Notes under the pieces: model-generated
What the model was told of the DNA's origin: nothing
Databases searched by the model: none
The model's input: the letters and a program-made list of their open reading frames with translations, nothing else
Shown: positions 7,946-15,538 of the stretch, one piece after another
Numbering within the stretch: the first letter of the stretch is position 1
How the letters are laid out: the number at the start of each line of letters is the position of its first letter
NCBI GenBank assembly: GCA_038131795.1
Contig: JAYPQE010000003.1
Coordinates: 1,446,048 to 1,510,047, forward strand
DNA: 64,000 bases
DNA from: Candidatus Eutrophobius brisbanensis
GTDB taxonomy: Bacteria > Pseudomonadota > Gammaproteobacteria > Eutrophobiales > Eutrophobiaceae
Reading direction: 5' to 3'
Position numbers and translations under genes: made by a program

Positions 7946-10445
7946 CCTTGCCTGGCGGGACCTGAAATCCAGCGGCCGGTCTCTGTGGATCTTCTGTGCC
8001 TGCCTGGTATTGGGGGTAACCCTGGTATCGGCTTCCAGTGGTCTGTATCAACTCATTAACATAGGTCTACTTGCCGACACCCGTGCCTATATGGGGGGCG
8101 ATGTGGAAGTGGATTCCAAGCAACCCTTACCCGAATATGTAATCGACTGGATGAACCAGAATGGTGACGTCTCCATGGTCACTGAAGTGGACACCATGCT
8201 GGGTACCGATACCGGTTTCTTACGAGTGGAGCTGCAGAGTATGGACGAGCTGTACCCATTATATGGGGAGCTGGTCCTGGATCCTGCAAAACCCCTGCAG
8301 GAGATCACGGCCTTTGCAGATGGCTACTGGGGCGTCGCCATAGACCCTGTCCTGGCAGACCGGTTGGAGCTCGGGCTCGGTGACAGTGTATATGTAGGTG
8401 CATTAGAGATGAAGGTGCGGGCAATGGTGCTTAACCAGCCGGACCGTAATCTCAGTGCTGACTGGCGGGGCACACCGGTATTATTGAGTGAGACTGCATT
8501 ACAGGAATCAGAACTCATCCAGCCGGGCAGCAGAATTGATTATGACTATCACGTCAGGACAGACATGAATGCCTATACCTGGCAGGCCATGTTTTATGAT
8601 CAATACCCCTATGAAATCTGGGAAGTTCGTACATTCTATGACCGTAGCCGCAGGATCTCCGAGCGCCTGGGACAGATCGCATCGGGTCTTTTGATCATTG
8701 GTTTTAGTACCCTGTTTATCGGTGGCCTGGGGGTATTTAACAGTATCCAGACCTATCTGCAGGGCAAGCTGAAAACCATCGCTACCTTGAGGTCATTGGG
8801 GCTGCGAAATCGTCGCCTGGCCATTGTTTATCTGTTACAGGTGGGAATACTCAGTGGAGGTGCAAGTCTGTTTGGTGTTTTTCTTGGTGGTGGCCTGTCA
8901 TTAATCGGCGCAAAGGTGGTGGCTACCCAGATACCGGTGGCCATGACGGTATCGAGCTTGATCATTCCTAACCTTATTGCCCTGTTCTTTGGACTGTCTA
9001 CTGCGTACACCTTTGCCTTACCGGCAATCGGTCGCGCCCTGTCTGTCAAACCGGCGACCCTGTTCCGGGGCAGCGCGGAGACAGATAAAGGCACACCTTA
9101 TATGTGGCGAATCGCTACTATGACCTGTGGAATTTCTATCGTGTTGCTTGTCATTATCGCCCTTCCCGATCCCCTGTTTGGCCTGGGCTTTGTTTCAGTG
9201 GTGGGATTGTTGCTGTTATTACTGGATATGGTCGTCAAATTTATCCGCAATACCGCCAGGAAACTGGACCAATATCCGCTGGTAAACAATAAATTTGTGT
9301 TAAGGCTGGCCATCGCCAACCTGCACCGACCCGGTGCCCCGCTGAGGATTTCATTGTTATCACTGGGTTCTGCTTTGACCCTGCTGGTAGCATGTACCCT
9401 GGTGGTCACGTCCCTGGTCAGGACCATCAACGAAACTATCCCTGCGGAGTCCCCTGCCCTGGTGCTGTATGACGCCTCCAACGATCAGGTGGACGCGGTG
9501 GTCGCTGCCATAGAAGAATCGTCCAGTACCCGCCGGGTGGATACCACACCGCTGGTTCGTTCACGAATCTCAGCAGTTAATGGTATGGGTCTTGCGGAAC
9601 GTTATGACCTAAGTGAAGAACAGTTTCGGGATGCCTCCCAGGATGAATACAAACTGAGTTATTCATCCAATAATATCGATAATGTCACCCTGGTGGACGG
9701 TGCGTGGTGGGAAGGTGACATCACCGGGTTGCCGAAGATGGCCATGGAAGACCGCGAGGCGGGCCAACTGGACCTGAAGGTGGGGGACGTGATTACCTTT
9801 GACATAGAAGGTCGTACTCTTGATGCTGAGATCGCTGCTATCTTCAGTCAAAAGGGTGTGCAGACCAAGTTCTGGTTTGAAGGTATTCTGTCCAATGGCG
9901 CCCTGGACAGTTTCATCAACCGCCATGTGGGTGCGGCGTATATGGATGATAACGAGGCCATTGCCGCCCAGCAAAGGATTGCGAGAGTTGCACCTAATGT
10001 AATTTCTGTGCGCACCGCCTCCCTGCTGGCATCCGCCCGGAACATACTGGGCAAGGCCACGGCAGGCCTGACCGTGGTTGCCGCCGTCAGTCTGAGTGCC
10101 AGCCTCCTGGTATTGATAAGCGTCATGGCAGCCGGGCGAACGAGACAGATCTATGACGCCACGGTGTTATATTCTCTTGGGACCCGCATGTCGGCAATCA
10201 AGAAGAGCCTGCACATGGAATATATCCTGCTGGCAATTGTGACTTCCCTGTTTGCAGTGTTACTGGGTGCCGCCATTGCCCTGCCCTTATTACACATTCG
10301 GCTAAAACTCCCGTCAGAAGACCTGCTCTGGGTGGGCCTCCTGGTTGCGGTATCTGTCAGTGGAATTTCCCTCAGCCTGGGATCGAAATATTTATTGAAA
10401 AGATTGCAGGTTAAACCTGCCGTCCTGTTACGTGGCGGAAACTGA
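7914..10445 (+). CDS. ABC transporter permease with duplicated FtsX domains (YbbP-like)
   Basis: 843-aa protein with two FtsX-type four-helix transmembrane blocks and large periplasmic loops. It is translationally coupled to the ATPase. Confidence 0.85.
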   Translation: MRMNPMPFLINLAWRDLKSSGRSLWIFCACLVLGVTLVSASSGLYQLINIGLLADTRAYMGGDVEVDSKQPLPEYVIDWMNQNGDVSMVTEVDTMLGTDTGFLRVELQSMDELYPLYGELVLDPAKPLQEITAFADGYWGVAIDPVLADRLELGLGDSVYVGALEMKVRAMVLNQPDRNLSADWRGTPVLLSETALQESELIQPGSRIDYDYHVRTDMNAYTWQAMFYDQYPYEIWEVRTFYDRSRRISERLGQIASGLLIIGFSTLFIGGLGVFNSIQTYLQGKLKTIATLRSLGLRNRRLAIVYLLQVGILSGGASLFGVFLGGGLSLIGAKVVATQIPVAMTVSSLIIPNLIALFFGLSTAYTFALPAIGRALSVKPATLFRGSAETDKGTPYMWRIATMTCGISIVLLVIIALPDPLFGLGFVSVVGLLLLLLDMVVKFIRNTARKLDQYPLVNNKFVLRLAIANLHRPGAPLRISLLSLGSALTLLVACTLVVTSLVRTINETIPAESPALVLYDASNDQVDAVVAAIEESSSTRRVDTTPLVRSRISAVNGMGLAERYDLSEEQFRDASQDEYKLSYSSNNIDNVTLVDGAWWEGDITGLPKMAMEDREAGQLDLKVGDVITFDIEGRTLDAEIAAIFSQKGVQTKFWFEGILSNGALDSFINRHVGAAYMDDNEAIAAQQRIARVAPNVISVRTASLLASARNILGKATAGLTVVAAVSLSASLLVLISVMAAGRTRQIYDATVLYSLGTRMSAIKKSLHMEYILLAIVTSLFAVLLGAAIALPLLHIRLKLPSEDLLWVGLLVAVSVSGISLSLGSKYLLKRLQVKPAVLLRGGN

Positions 10446-10456
10446 TTATTTAGTAA

Positions 10457-10485
10457 AAGGGGGCAAACTTATGTCTGTCCCCCTT
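10457..10485. repeat. Imperfect palindrome GGGGGCAAACTTATGTCTGTCCCCC (a terminator-like stem-loop that belongs to a repeat family with 13422-13445)
   Basis: Stem ggggg...ccccc with one mismatch and no T-tract. It lies 10 bp after the permease stop. A near-identical perfect palindrome sits at 13422-13445. Confidence 0.4.
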
Positions 10486-10560
10486 GTCCCAGATCATGGC
10501 GGTTCAGACTGAGAAATGCTTTAATTCAGCCAATTAAATATAGAACTTACGGAGTGACTT

Positions 10561-11193
10561 ATGAAAATTCTTATAAACTCGATTCTACTTACATTTATTG
10601 GTTTGTCCCTGTCATGTGCCCAGACACAGAAGCAAAATGTACACGAGGCCCATCACGCCAGTCTCGATGCCCATCTAACCCATATTCAACAGATCAAAGA
10701 CCCTGCAGAACGTAAAAGGATGTTACGTATGCATATACAGATGATGAAGGAACAGATGGAATCCATGGCATCAATGGGACATGGCGGAATGGGCGGTGGC
10801 ATGGACCATGGCGGTGGCGGTATGGGCGGTGGTATGGGCGGCATGGACCACGGTGAAGGTGGTATGGGTGGATGTAACATGTGTAGCGGTGGTATGGATG
10901 GTATGAACATGGGAGGTGATGGCCCAAGTGGCGGCATGGGAGGTATGGGTCAGGGTAGCAGTGCCCCTGTCACCCCTCCCCATGGAGACAGGGGAGAATG
11001 CTCAAATTGCCATAGTGATGGCCGGGGCCAGGCTTCAGGTAATATGAGCGGTGGCATGGGCGGCATGGACCACGGCGGTGGCGGTATGGGTGGTGGCATG
11101 GGCGGTATGATGCAACACCATAATATGATGGTAAACATGATGAAACAGATGATCAGTGTCCAGGAGTTACTACTGGATATGGTAGATGATTAG
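10561..11193 (+). CDS. Periplasmic ZraP/CpxP/Spy-family-like protein with Gly-Met-His-rich metal-binding repeats
   Basis: Signal peptide, then an N-terminal helical region with LTHIQQ- and MxxM-type motifs. The tail carries GGMGGGMDHGGGGMGGGMGGMDHGEGGMGG repeated twice, plus CNMCSGG and CSNCH. This resembles the GMGMGYGGCGGGGHMGMGHW tail of ZraP. Confidence 0.45.
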   Translation: MKILINSILLTFIGLSLSCAQTQKQNVHEAHHASLDAHLTHIQQIKDPAERKRMLRMHIQMMKEQMESMASMGHGGMGGGMDHGGGGMGGGMGGMDHGEGGMGGCNMCSGGMDGMNMGGDGPSGGMGGMGQGSSAPVTPPHGDRGECSNCHSDGRGQASGNMSGGMGGMDHGGGGMGGGMGGMMQHHNMMVNMMKQMISVQELLLDMVDD

Positions 11194-11249
11194 TCTGTCC
11201 AGATAACCGGGCCACCCTCTACTCAGGAGAGGCCACAAGCAGTACATTA

Positions 11250-11278
11250 ATGTGCGCCTACGGCGCACATATTTTTTA
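11250..11278 (+). terminator. Rho-independent terminator
   Basis: Perfect hairpin ATGTGCGCC-tac-GGCGCACAT followed by TTTTTT, 57 bp after the stop of the Gly/Met-rich protein gene. Confidence 0.7.
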
Positions 11279-11486
11279 TTGGGCCCTGATTTGAAGTGCA
11301 TGCCCATCGTTTTAGTAACAGGGTGACGGGTTTTGCTTTTACTGGAATAAAGTGTAGAAGAGACTTGCCAAAAAATCATAATCGACATTTTAGCCCTTAC
11401 TCTTCACTCGTCACACCTCACTCCTAACTTATCACCTACTCATGTACAATACGCTCATTAGATGAAGTTAACCCAAGGACAACCCA

Positions 11487-12728
11487 TTGACCAACGGACC
11501 TGACGAGCGCACTGATCGCGCATTTAAATACCCAAATTTTAGAAATTTTGTAGTTGCAAAGTTCTGTACGATCTTTGCGGTACAGATGCAAAGTGTCGCC
11601 ATTGGCTGGCAGGTCTATGAAATTACCGGAGACCCCCTGGACCTTGGTTTAATCGGTCTCGCGCAGTTTCTACCTTTTGTGATTTTGATTCTCCCTGCAG
11701 GACAGGTGGCCGATAGATTAAACCGACGATTGATACTGGGTTTTTGTTATGCAACTGAGGCCATTTGTGCCGCGTTATTACTTGCATTGACCTTTATTGG
11801 TATTACCACCGTCTGGCCGGTACTTGCGGTGCTAGTATTGTTCGGCTCGGCCCGTGCATTTTCCCAGCCTGCCTCACAGGCCATAACCCCAAACCTGGTT
11901 CCCGCATCAGCGTTCCCAAATGCTATTGCGCTGAATTCGTCTTCTGGACATGTTGCAAGAATAGCCGGACCTGCGGCAGGTGGAATGTTATATATCCTGG
12001 GACCTAATGTCGTCTATTCCAGTGTTGCATTCATGCTCTGCTGTTCAGTCTTCCTGATGACCAGGGTCAAACTACCGGAAATCATTCGCGCAAAAGAGCC
12101 GGCCAGCTGGCATACCGTATTTGAAGGTTTACGTTTCGTAAAATCCCGTCCCATGATCCTGGGGGCAATCTCTCTGGATTTATTTGCGGTTTTATTTGGT
12201 GGCGCGGTGGCATTATTACCTGCATATGCCAGTGACATTCTGCACACCGGGCCAGAGGGGCTGGGGATATTACGTACAGCACCAGCCATCGGTGCGGCCA
12301 TCACCGCAGCAATTCTTGCCTATAGTCCCGTTATTCGAAATGTAGGTAACTGGTTATTTGGTGGTGTGGCTGTATTTGGCGTGGCGATTATTGTTTTTGG
12401 TCTTTCTGAAACGTTTCTATTATCACTTGCTGCCCTGATTGTTATGGGTGCAGGAGACATGGTTAGTGTGTATATCCGTCATATGCTGGTACAGCTTGAA
12501 ACACCGGATGAGATCCGTGGCCGGGTCAGTGCAGTAAATGGGGTGTTCATTGGTGCTTCGAATGAATTAGGTGAGTTTGAATCCGGCGTCACCGCCGCCT
12601 GGTTTGGCCTGGTACCTGCCGTTGTCATTGGTGGTGCGGCCACCTTGATAGTGACCGGGCTGTGGATGAAATTTTTTCCGCAACTGAGCAAAATGGACAG
12701 ACTGCCGGGGCATTATAAGGACAGGTAG
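11487..12728 (+). CDS. MFS transporter (EntS/enterobactin-exporter-like)
   Basis: 12-TM MFS fold. The N-terminal region resembles the EntS family (QVADRLNRRLIL motif between TM2 and TM3). Confidence 0.75.
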   Translation: MTNGPDERTDRAFKYPNFRNFVVAKFCTIFAVQMQSVAIGWQVYEITGDPLDLGLIGLAQFLPFVILILPAGQVADRLNRRLILGFCYATEAICAALLLALTFIGITTVWPVLAVLVLFGSARAFSQPASQAITPNLVPASAFPNAIALNSSSGHVARIAGPAAGGMLYILGPNVVYSSVAFMLCCSVFLMTRVKLPEIIRAKEPASWHTVFEGLRFVKSRPMILGAISLDLFAVLFGGAVALLPAYASDILHTGPEGLGILRTAPAIGAAITAAILAYSPVIRNVGNWLFGGVAVFGVAIIVFGLSETFLLSLAALIVMGAGDMVSVYIRHMLVQLETPDEIRGRVSAVNGVFIGASNELGEFESGVTAAWFGLVPAVVIGGAATLIVTGLWMKFFPQLSKMDRLPGHYKDR

Positions 12729-12741
12729 AATATCTCTCCTT

Positions 12742-12757
12742 CGTCATTCCCGCGAAG
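12742..12757. repeat. Half unit of the palindromic repeat family (CGTCATTCCCGCGAAG)
   Basis: It matches the left arm of the unit at 6103-6129 and lies 14 bp after the MFS transporter stop. Confidence 0.4.
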
Positions 12758-12794
12758 AGTAATATTGAATTATTTATTATCCTGTAATTCCTTT

Positions 12795-12829
12795 TAAATC
12801 CTGTTAATCCTGTCTATTTTTTTCATAAA
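12795..12829. repeat. First copy of a ~26-bp direct repeat (ATCCTGTTAATCCTGTCTATTTTTTT)
   Basis: Second copy at 13309-13344 (ATCTTGTTAATCCTGTCTATTTTTTT, 25/26 identical). Together they flank phhB and a cluster of palindromic units. Confidence 0.5.
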
Positions 12830-13157
12830 CAGCATCTGTCCTGGCTGCCATAATAAAATCATTTTGGTGCAGGCCACCTATCTTGTGTGTCCACCAGGAG
12901 ACTTCCACACTGCCCCATTCTATTAGTACTGCAGGATGATGGTCTTCAGCTTCTGCCAATTCTCCCACCTGGTTGGTAAACGCCAGTGCAGTAACAAAAT
13001 TGTTAAAGATGTATTTTCGGACCAGGCGTTTAATACCGTCGACTTCGATGACATTCCACCTCGGAACTTCGGGTTTAAGGTCATTAATTTCGTCATCGGT
13101 TAATCTGGGAGCGTCCACCCGGCAGGCTTCGCAGTGTTGTGAGGTTAGATTAGACAT
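12804..13157 (-). CDS. phhB: Pterin-4a-carbinolamine dehydratase
   Basis: [12 protein letters not shown]...[23 protein letters not shown]...[10 protein letters not shown] aligns along its whole length with PhhB/PCD. I placed the start at the second ATG (13157) on the basis of that homology. The upstream ATG at 13190 lies inside a repeat unit. Confidence 0.75.
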   Translation of the reverse strand: MSNLTSQHCEACRVDAPRLTDDEINDLKPEVPRWNVIEVDGIKRLVRKYIFNNFVTALAFTNQVGELAEAEDHHPAVLIEWGSVEVSWWTHKIGGLHQNDFIMAARTDAVYEKNRQD

Positions 13158-13185
13158 TTTTGGTTCGCCATGATTTTTATTAGCC

Positions 13186-13222
13186 GTCATTCCGGAATTT
13201 GCATAGCAAGTATCCGGAATCC
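13186..13222. repeat. Palindromic repeat unit variant (GTCATTCCGGAAT...TCCGGAATCC)
   Basis: Two copies of the self-complementary ATTCCGGAAT separated by a 16-nt loop, with a GTCATTC flank. Confidence 0.5.
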
Positions 13223-13266
13223 AGTTTAATTAAAGAACGCCCATAGGGCGTATATATTAATTATTG

Positions 13267-13290
13267 GATTCTGGCTTTCGCCAGAATGAC
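13267..13290. repeat. Palindromic repeat unit (GATTCTGGCTTTCGCCAGAATGAC)
   Basis: Identical to the unit at 6061-6084 except for the last base. Confidence 0.6.
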
Positions 13291-13308
13291 GTTATTTTTC
13301 TTTTTTAA

Positions 13309-13344
13309 AATCCTGTCAATCTTGTTAATCCTGTCTATTTTTTT
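13309..13344. repeat. Second copy of the ~26-bp direct repeat
   Basis: See 12795-12829. Confidence 0.5.
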
Positions 13345-13377
13345 ATGTTTGCCCTTCGGGCAATTTTTGTTTACTGG

Positions 13378-13400
13378 ATACTGGCATTCGTCAGTATGAC
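13378..13400. repeat. Degenerate palindromic repeat unit (ATACTGGCATTCGTCAGTATGAC)
   Basis: Same architecture (stem actggc/gtcagt, loop attc, GAATGAC-like flank) as the other units. Confidence 0.4.
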
Positions 13401-13421
13401 GGTAACAACCTATAAGGGGAC

Positions 13422-13445
13422 AGACTTAAGTCTGTCCCCTATACA
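13422..13445. repeat. Perfect 24-bp palindrome GGGGACAGACTTAAGTCTGTCCCC
   Basis: It lies immediately after the PQQ-dehydrogenase stop and has no T-tract. It is related to the stem-loop at 10457-10485. Confidence 0.5.
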
Positions 13446-15140
13446 TTATTCAGGCAACGCAAACACCATCAACATACTGCTGCCAAACTGAACATTCAGT
13501 TCCGGATACATGGTGGCAAAGTGGCGGGTACCGGCAGAACCACCGCCTATGGCAACGGCCACATACTGCTTGCCATTGGCTTCATAACTGATGGGATAAC
13601 CGGTAATGGCAGACCCCAGGCCAATCTCCCAGAGTTCCTCTCCGGATTCGGCATCCACGGCACGAAAATAACGGTGCAGATCACCGTAAAACACCAGGTT
13701 ACCGCCTGTTGCCAGCACCGATCCCAACGCAGCCCGTTGGTCCAGGTTCCAAAGCAGATTCCCGGTATTTGCCGATATAGCCGACAGCCTGCCCACCTGT
13801 TCATTGGTGCCTTGCATGAAATGCAGACCACCATAATCCAGACCGGAACGGCTTTGTTCTAACGGGACAACCTTGAATTCTGAACAGGAACTGGAGATTG
13901 GGCTATACACAACCTGGGTCTTTGGACTATAGGCGTTAGTCTGAAATAATTTCCCGCCTCGCATACCGGGACAGACCAGGTGAACATCCCCTACCTGCCT
14001 GGGAATAATGGCCTCATTGGGTGTAATTGCACCGGTCTCAGGATCAATATTGGAATATAGATTCTGGTATTCCACCAGTTGCTTGTTCCACAGGTGTTCA
14101 CCAGTCTCGCGGTCAAATGCCCAGAGGATGCCGGGCTTACCCAGAAGATAAATCACCTTGCGCATGGTGCCGCCGATCATGACATCGGCCAGGATGGGGT
14201 TGTCCTGGTGGTCCATGTCGTAATTGTCCCGTGGCTGCATCTGGTAAAACCACCGAATCTTTCCGGTCTCTGCTTCCAGTGCGAGGACAGAGTTGGTGTA
14301 AAGCAGATCACCGTCCCCTGTGCCTTTGAGAATACCCGGATAGGGATAGGGACTGGCAGTAGACCAGTAAACCAGTTTCAAATCCGGATCATAACTGCCG
14401 GATAACCAGAATGAGGCCTTCCTTCTACCTTCATAAGGTACCCCACCCCAGCTATTGAAGTGTTCTGGCGGATCATCGGGACCAGCGACGGAGGAACGAC
14501 GCCATAATTCCTGACCGGTATTGGCATCATGGGCAATGAGGGCACAGGCTTTGGATGTTCCCACACCGCAGGTCTGGCCGGCAAATATAATCCCATCGCC
14601 CACAATGGGTGGCGATGAATAATTGACCCGATCATCTGGATCCCCGGTCTGGATCTCCCAGACCATCTCCCCTGTTTTTGCATCCAGGGCAACGAGAAAG
14701 GCATCATCTGTAGTGAATAAAATCTTTTCCTGGTAGATGGCCAACCCACGGGTGGTACCATTCATACCCCTGGGCAGGCGGCGCTGGTATTCCCAAATCA
14801 AATTTCCATTACTGGCGTCCAGGGCCTGGACCTTACCACCAGCATGGGAAAGAAACATGATACCGTTATAAACGATTGGCTCCTGCTCGGTTTCACCATC
14901 ATTAAGATTCCATGCCCACGCCAACTGCAGGTTTTTAACATTGTCAGCATTGATCTGCTCCAGCGGACTATATCCATTGGCATTATGGTTTCCGCGCCAG
15001 CGTAACCAGTTGGCAGGATCGGGATTATTAATGGCCGCATCATTGACCGGCGTAAAGTCCTGTAACTGCGCGAAACTGATCTGAGAAAAAAAAGTTAATA
15101 TTGCAAAAACCAGAAGTGTGCCTCTTCGAATTAAAGTCAT
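13446..15140 (-). CDS. PQQ-dependent dehydrogenase (quinoprotein alcohol/sugar dehydrogenase family), periplasmic
   Basis: Signal peptide, then W-rich eight-bladed beta-propeller repeats typical of PQQ enzymes (LQLAWAWNLNDGE, GNLIWEY, GEMVWEIQTGD, GQELWRR, GKIRWFYQ, GEHLWNKQ, GNLLWNL, GEELWEIGLG). The adjacent-Cys pair of MxaF/ExaA is not visible. Confidence 0.7.
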   Translation of the reverse strand: MTLIRRGTLLVFAILTFFSQISFAQLQDFTPVNDAAINNPDPANWLRWRGNHNANGYSPLEQINADNVKNLQLAWAWNLNDGETEQEPIVYNGIMFLSHAGGKVQALDASNGNLIWEYQRRLPRGMNGTTRGLAIYQEKILFTTDDAFLVALDAKTGEMVWEIQTGDPDDRVNYSSPPIVGDGIIFAGQTCGVGTSKACALIAHDANTGQELWRRSSVAGPDDPPEHFNSWGGVPYEGRRKASFWLSGSYDPDLKLVYWSTASPYPYPGILKGTGDGDLLYTNSVLALEAETGKIRWFYQMQPRDNYDMDHQDNPILADVMIGGTMRKVIYLLGKPGILWAFDRETGEHLWNKQLVEYQNLYSNIDPETGAITPNEAIIPRQVGDVHLVCPGMRGGKLFQTNAYSPKTQVVYSPISSSCSEFKVVPLEQSRSGLDYGGLHFMQGTNEQVGRLSAISANTGNLLWNLDQRAALGSVLATGGNLVFYGDLHRYFRAVDAESGEELWEIGLGSAITGYPISYEANGKQYVAVAIGGGSAGTRHFATMYPELNVQFGSSMLMVFALPE

Positions 15141-15181
15141 TCCTGCTCCTCCACTATTTTAAAGTATTATTATTTTGACTA

Positions 15182-15205
15182 GATTCTGACTTTCGCCAGA
15201 ATGAC
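15182..15205. repeat. Palindromic repeat unit (GATTCTGACTTTCGCCAGAATGAC)
   Basis: One mismatch from the units at 6061 and 13267. It sits between the cytochrome c gene and the PQQ dehydrogenase gene. Confidence 0.55.
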
Positions 15206-15248
15206 GACGAAGTTTTTATTCTTGTTCTATAGTCTTAAGATCGCCGTA

Positions 15249-15524
15249 TTACTTTTTCAAACCAAAATTATTTGAAAGATAGTCGACTACGATATCTATT
15301 TCATAGTCCTGTAACGGTGCACCCTGCATGACCATCTGGTTAACCACAAAGCGCCATTGTTCAGGACTACGACTTGAGTCTGTGATATTTGTCAGGTCAT
15401 GACACATGGTACAGACATCATCAACGATATCACTGCCCTCACCTTCCGGCAGGGCCGTTTGTGAAATTACGGGCGTTGTAAAAATATACAACAATAGCAG
15501 GGAAAGGATACGTCCTGTTTGCAT
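15249..15524 (-). CDS. Small periplasmic mono-haem cytochrome c
   Basis: Signal peptide plus a single CTMCH (CxxCH) haem-binding motif in a 91-aa protein. It lies 14 bp downstream of the ankyrin gene and upstream of the PQQ dehydrogenase. Confidence 0.65.
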   Translation of the reverse strand: MQTGRILSLLLLYIFTTPVISQTALPEGEGSDIVDDVCTMCHDLTNITDSSRSPEQWRFVVNQMVMQGAPLQDYEIDIVVDYLSNNFGLKK

Positions 15525-15538
15525 GCTCCCGGCCCGTG

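Noticed and set aside
10686-11138. Multiple Pro/His-rich ORFs on the minus strand inside the Gly/Met-rich gene
   Set aside because: They are complementary-strand artefacts of the GGN/ATG-rich repeats (Gly codons read as Pro on the other strand). The plus-strand gene has the signal peptide and the terminator.
6061-15205. CRISPR array interpretation of the recurring palindromic units
   Set aside because: The units are dispersed over 9 kb in separate intergenic regions. They have no regular spacing, no uniform repeat length and no cas genes.
6061-15205. Neisserial origin suggested by the dRS3-like ATTCCCGCGAAAGCGGGAA unit
   Set aside because: The gene content (DUF1552/DUF1592 modules, pseudomonad-type recA-recX-alaS-lysC-csrA-tRNA-Ser order) is not neisserial. 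The resemblance is taken as convergent.
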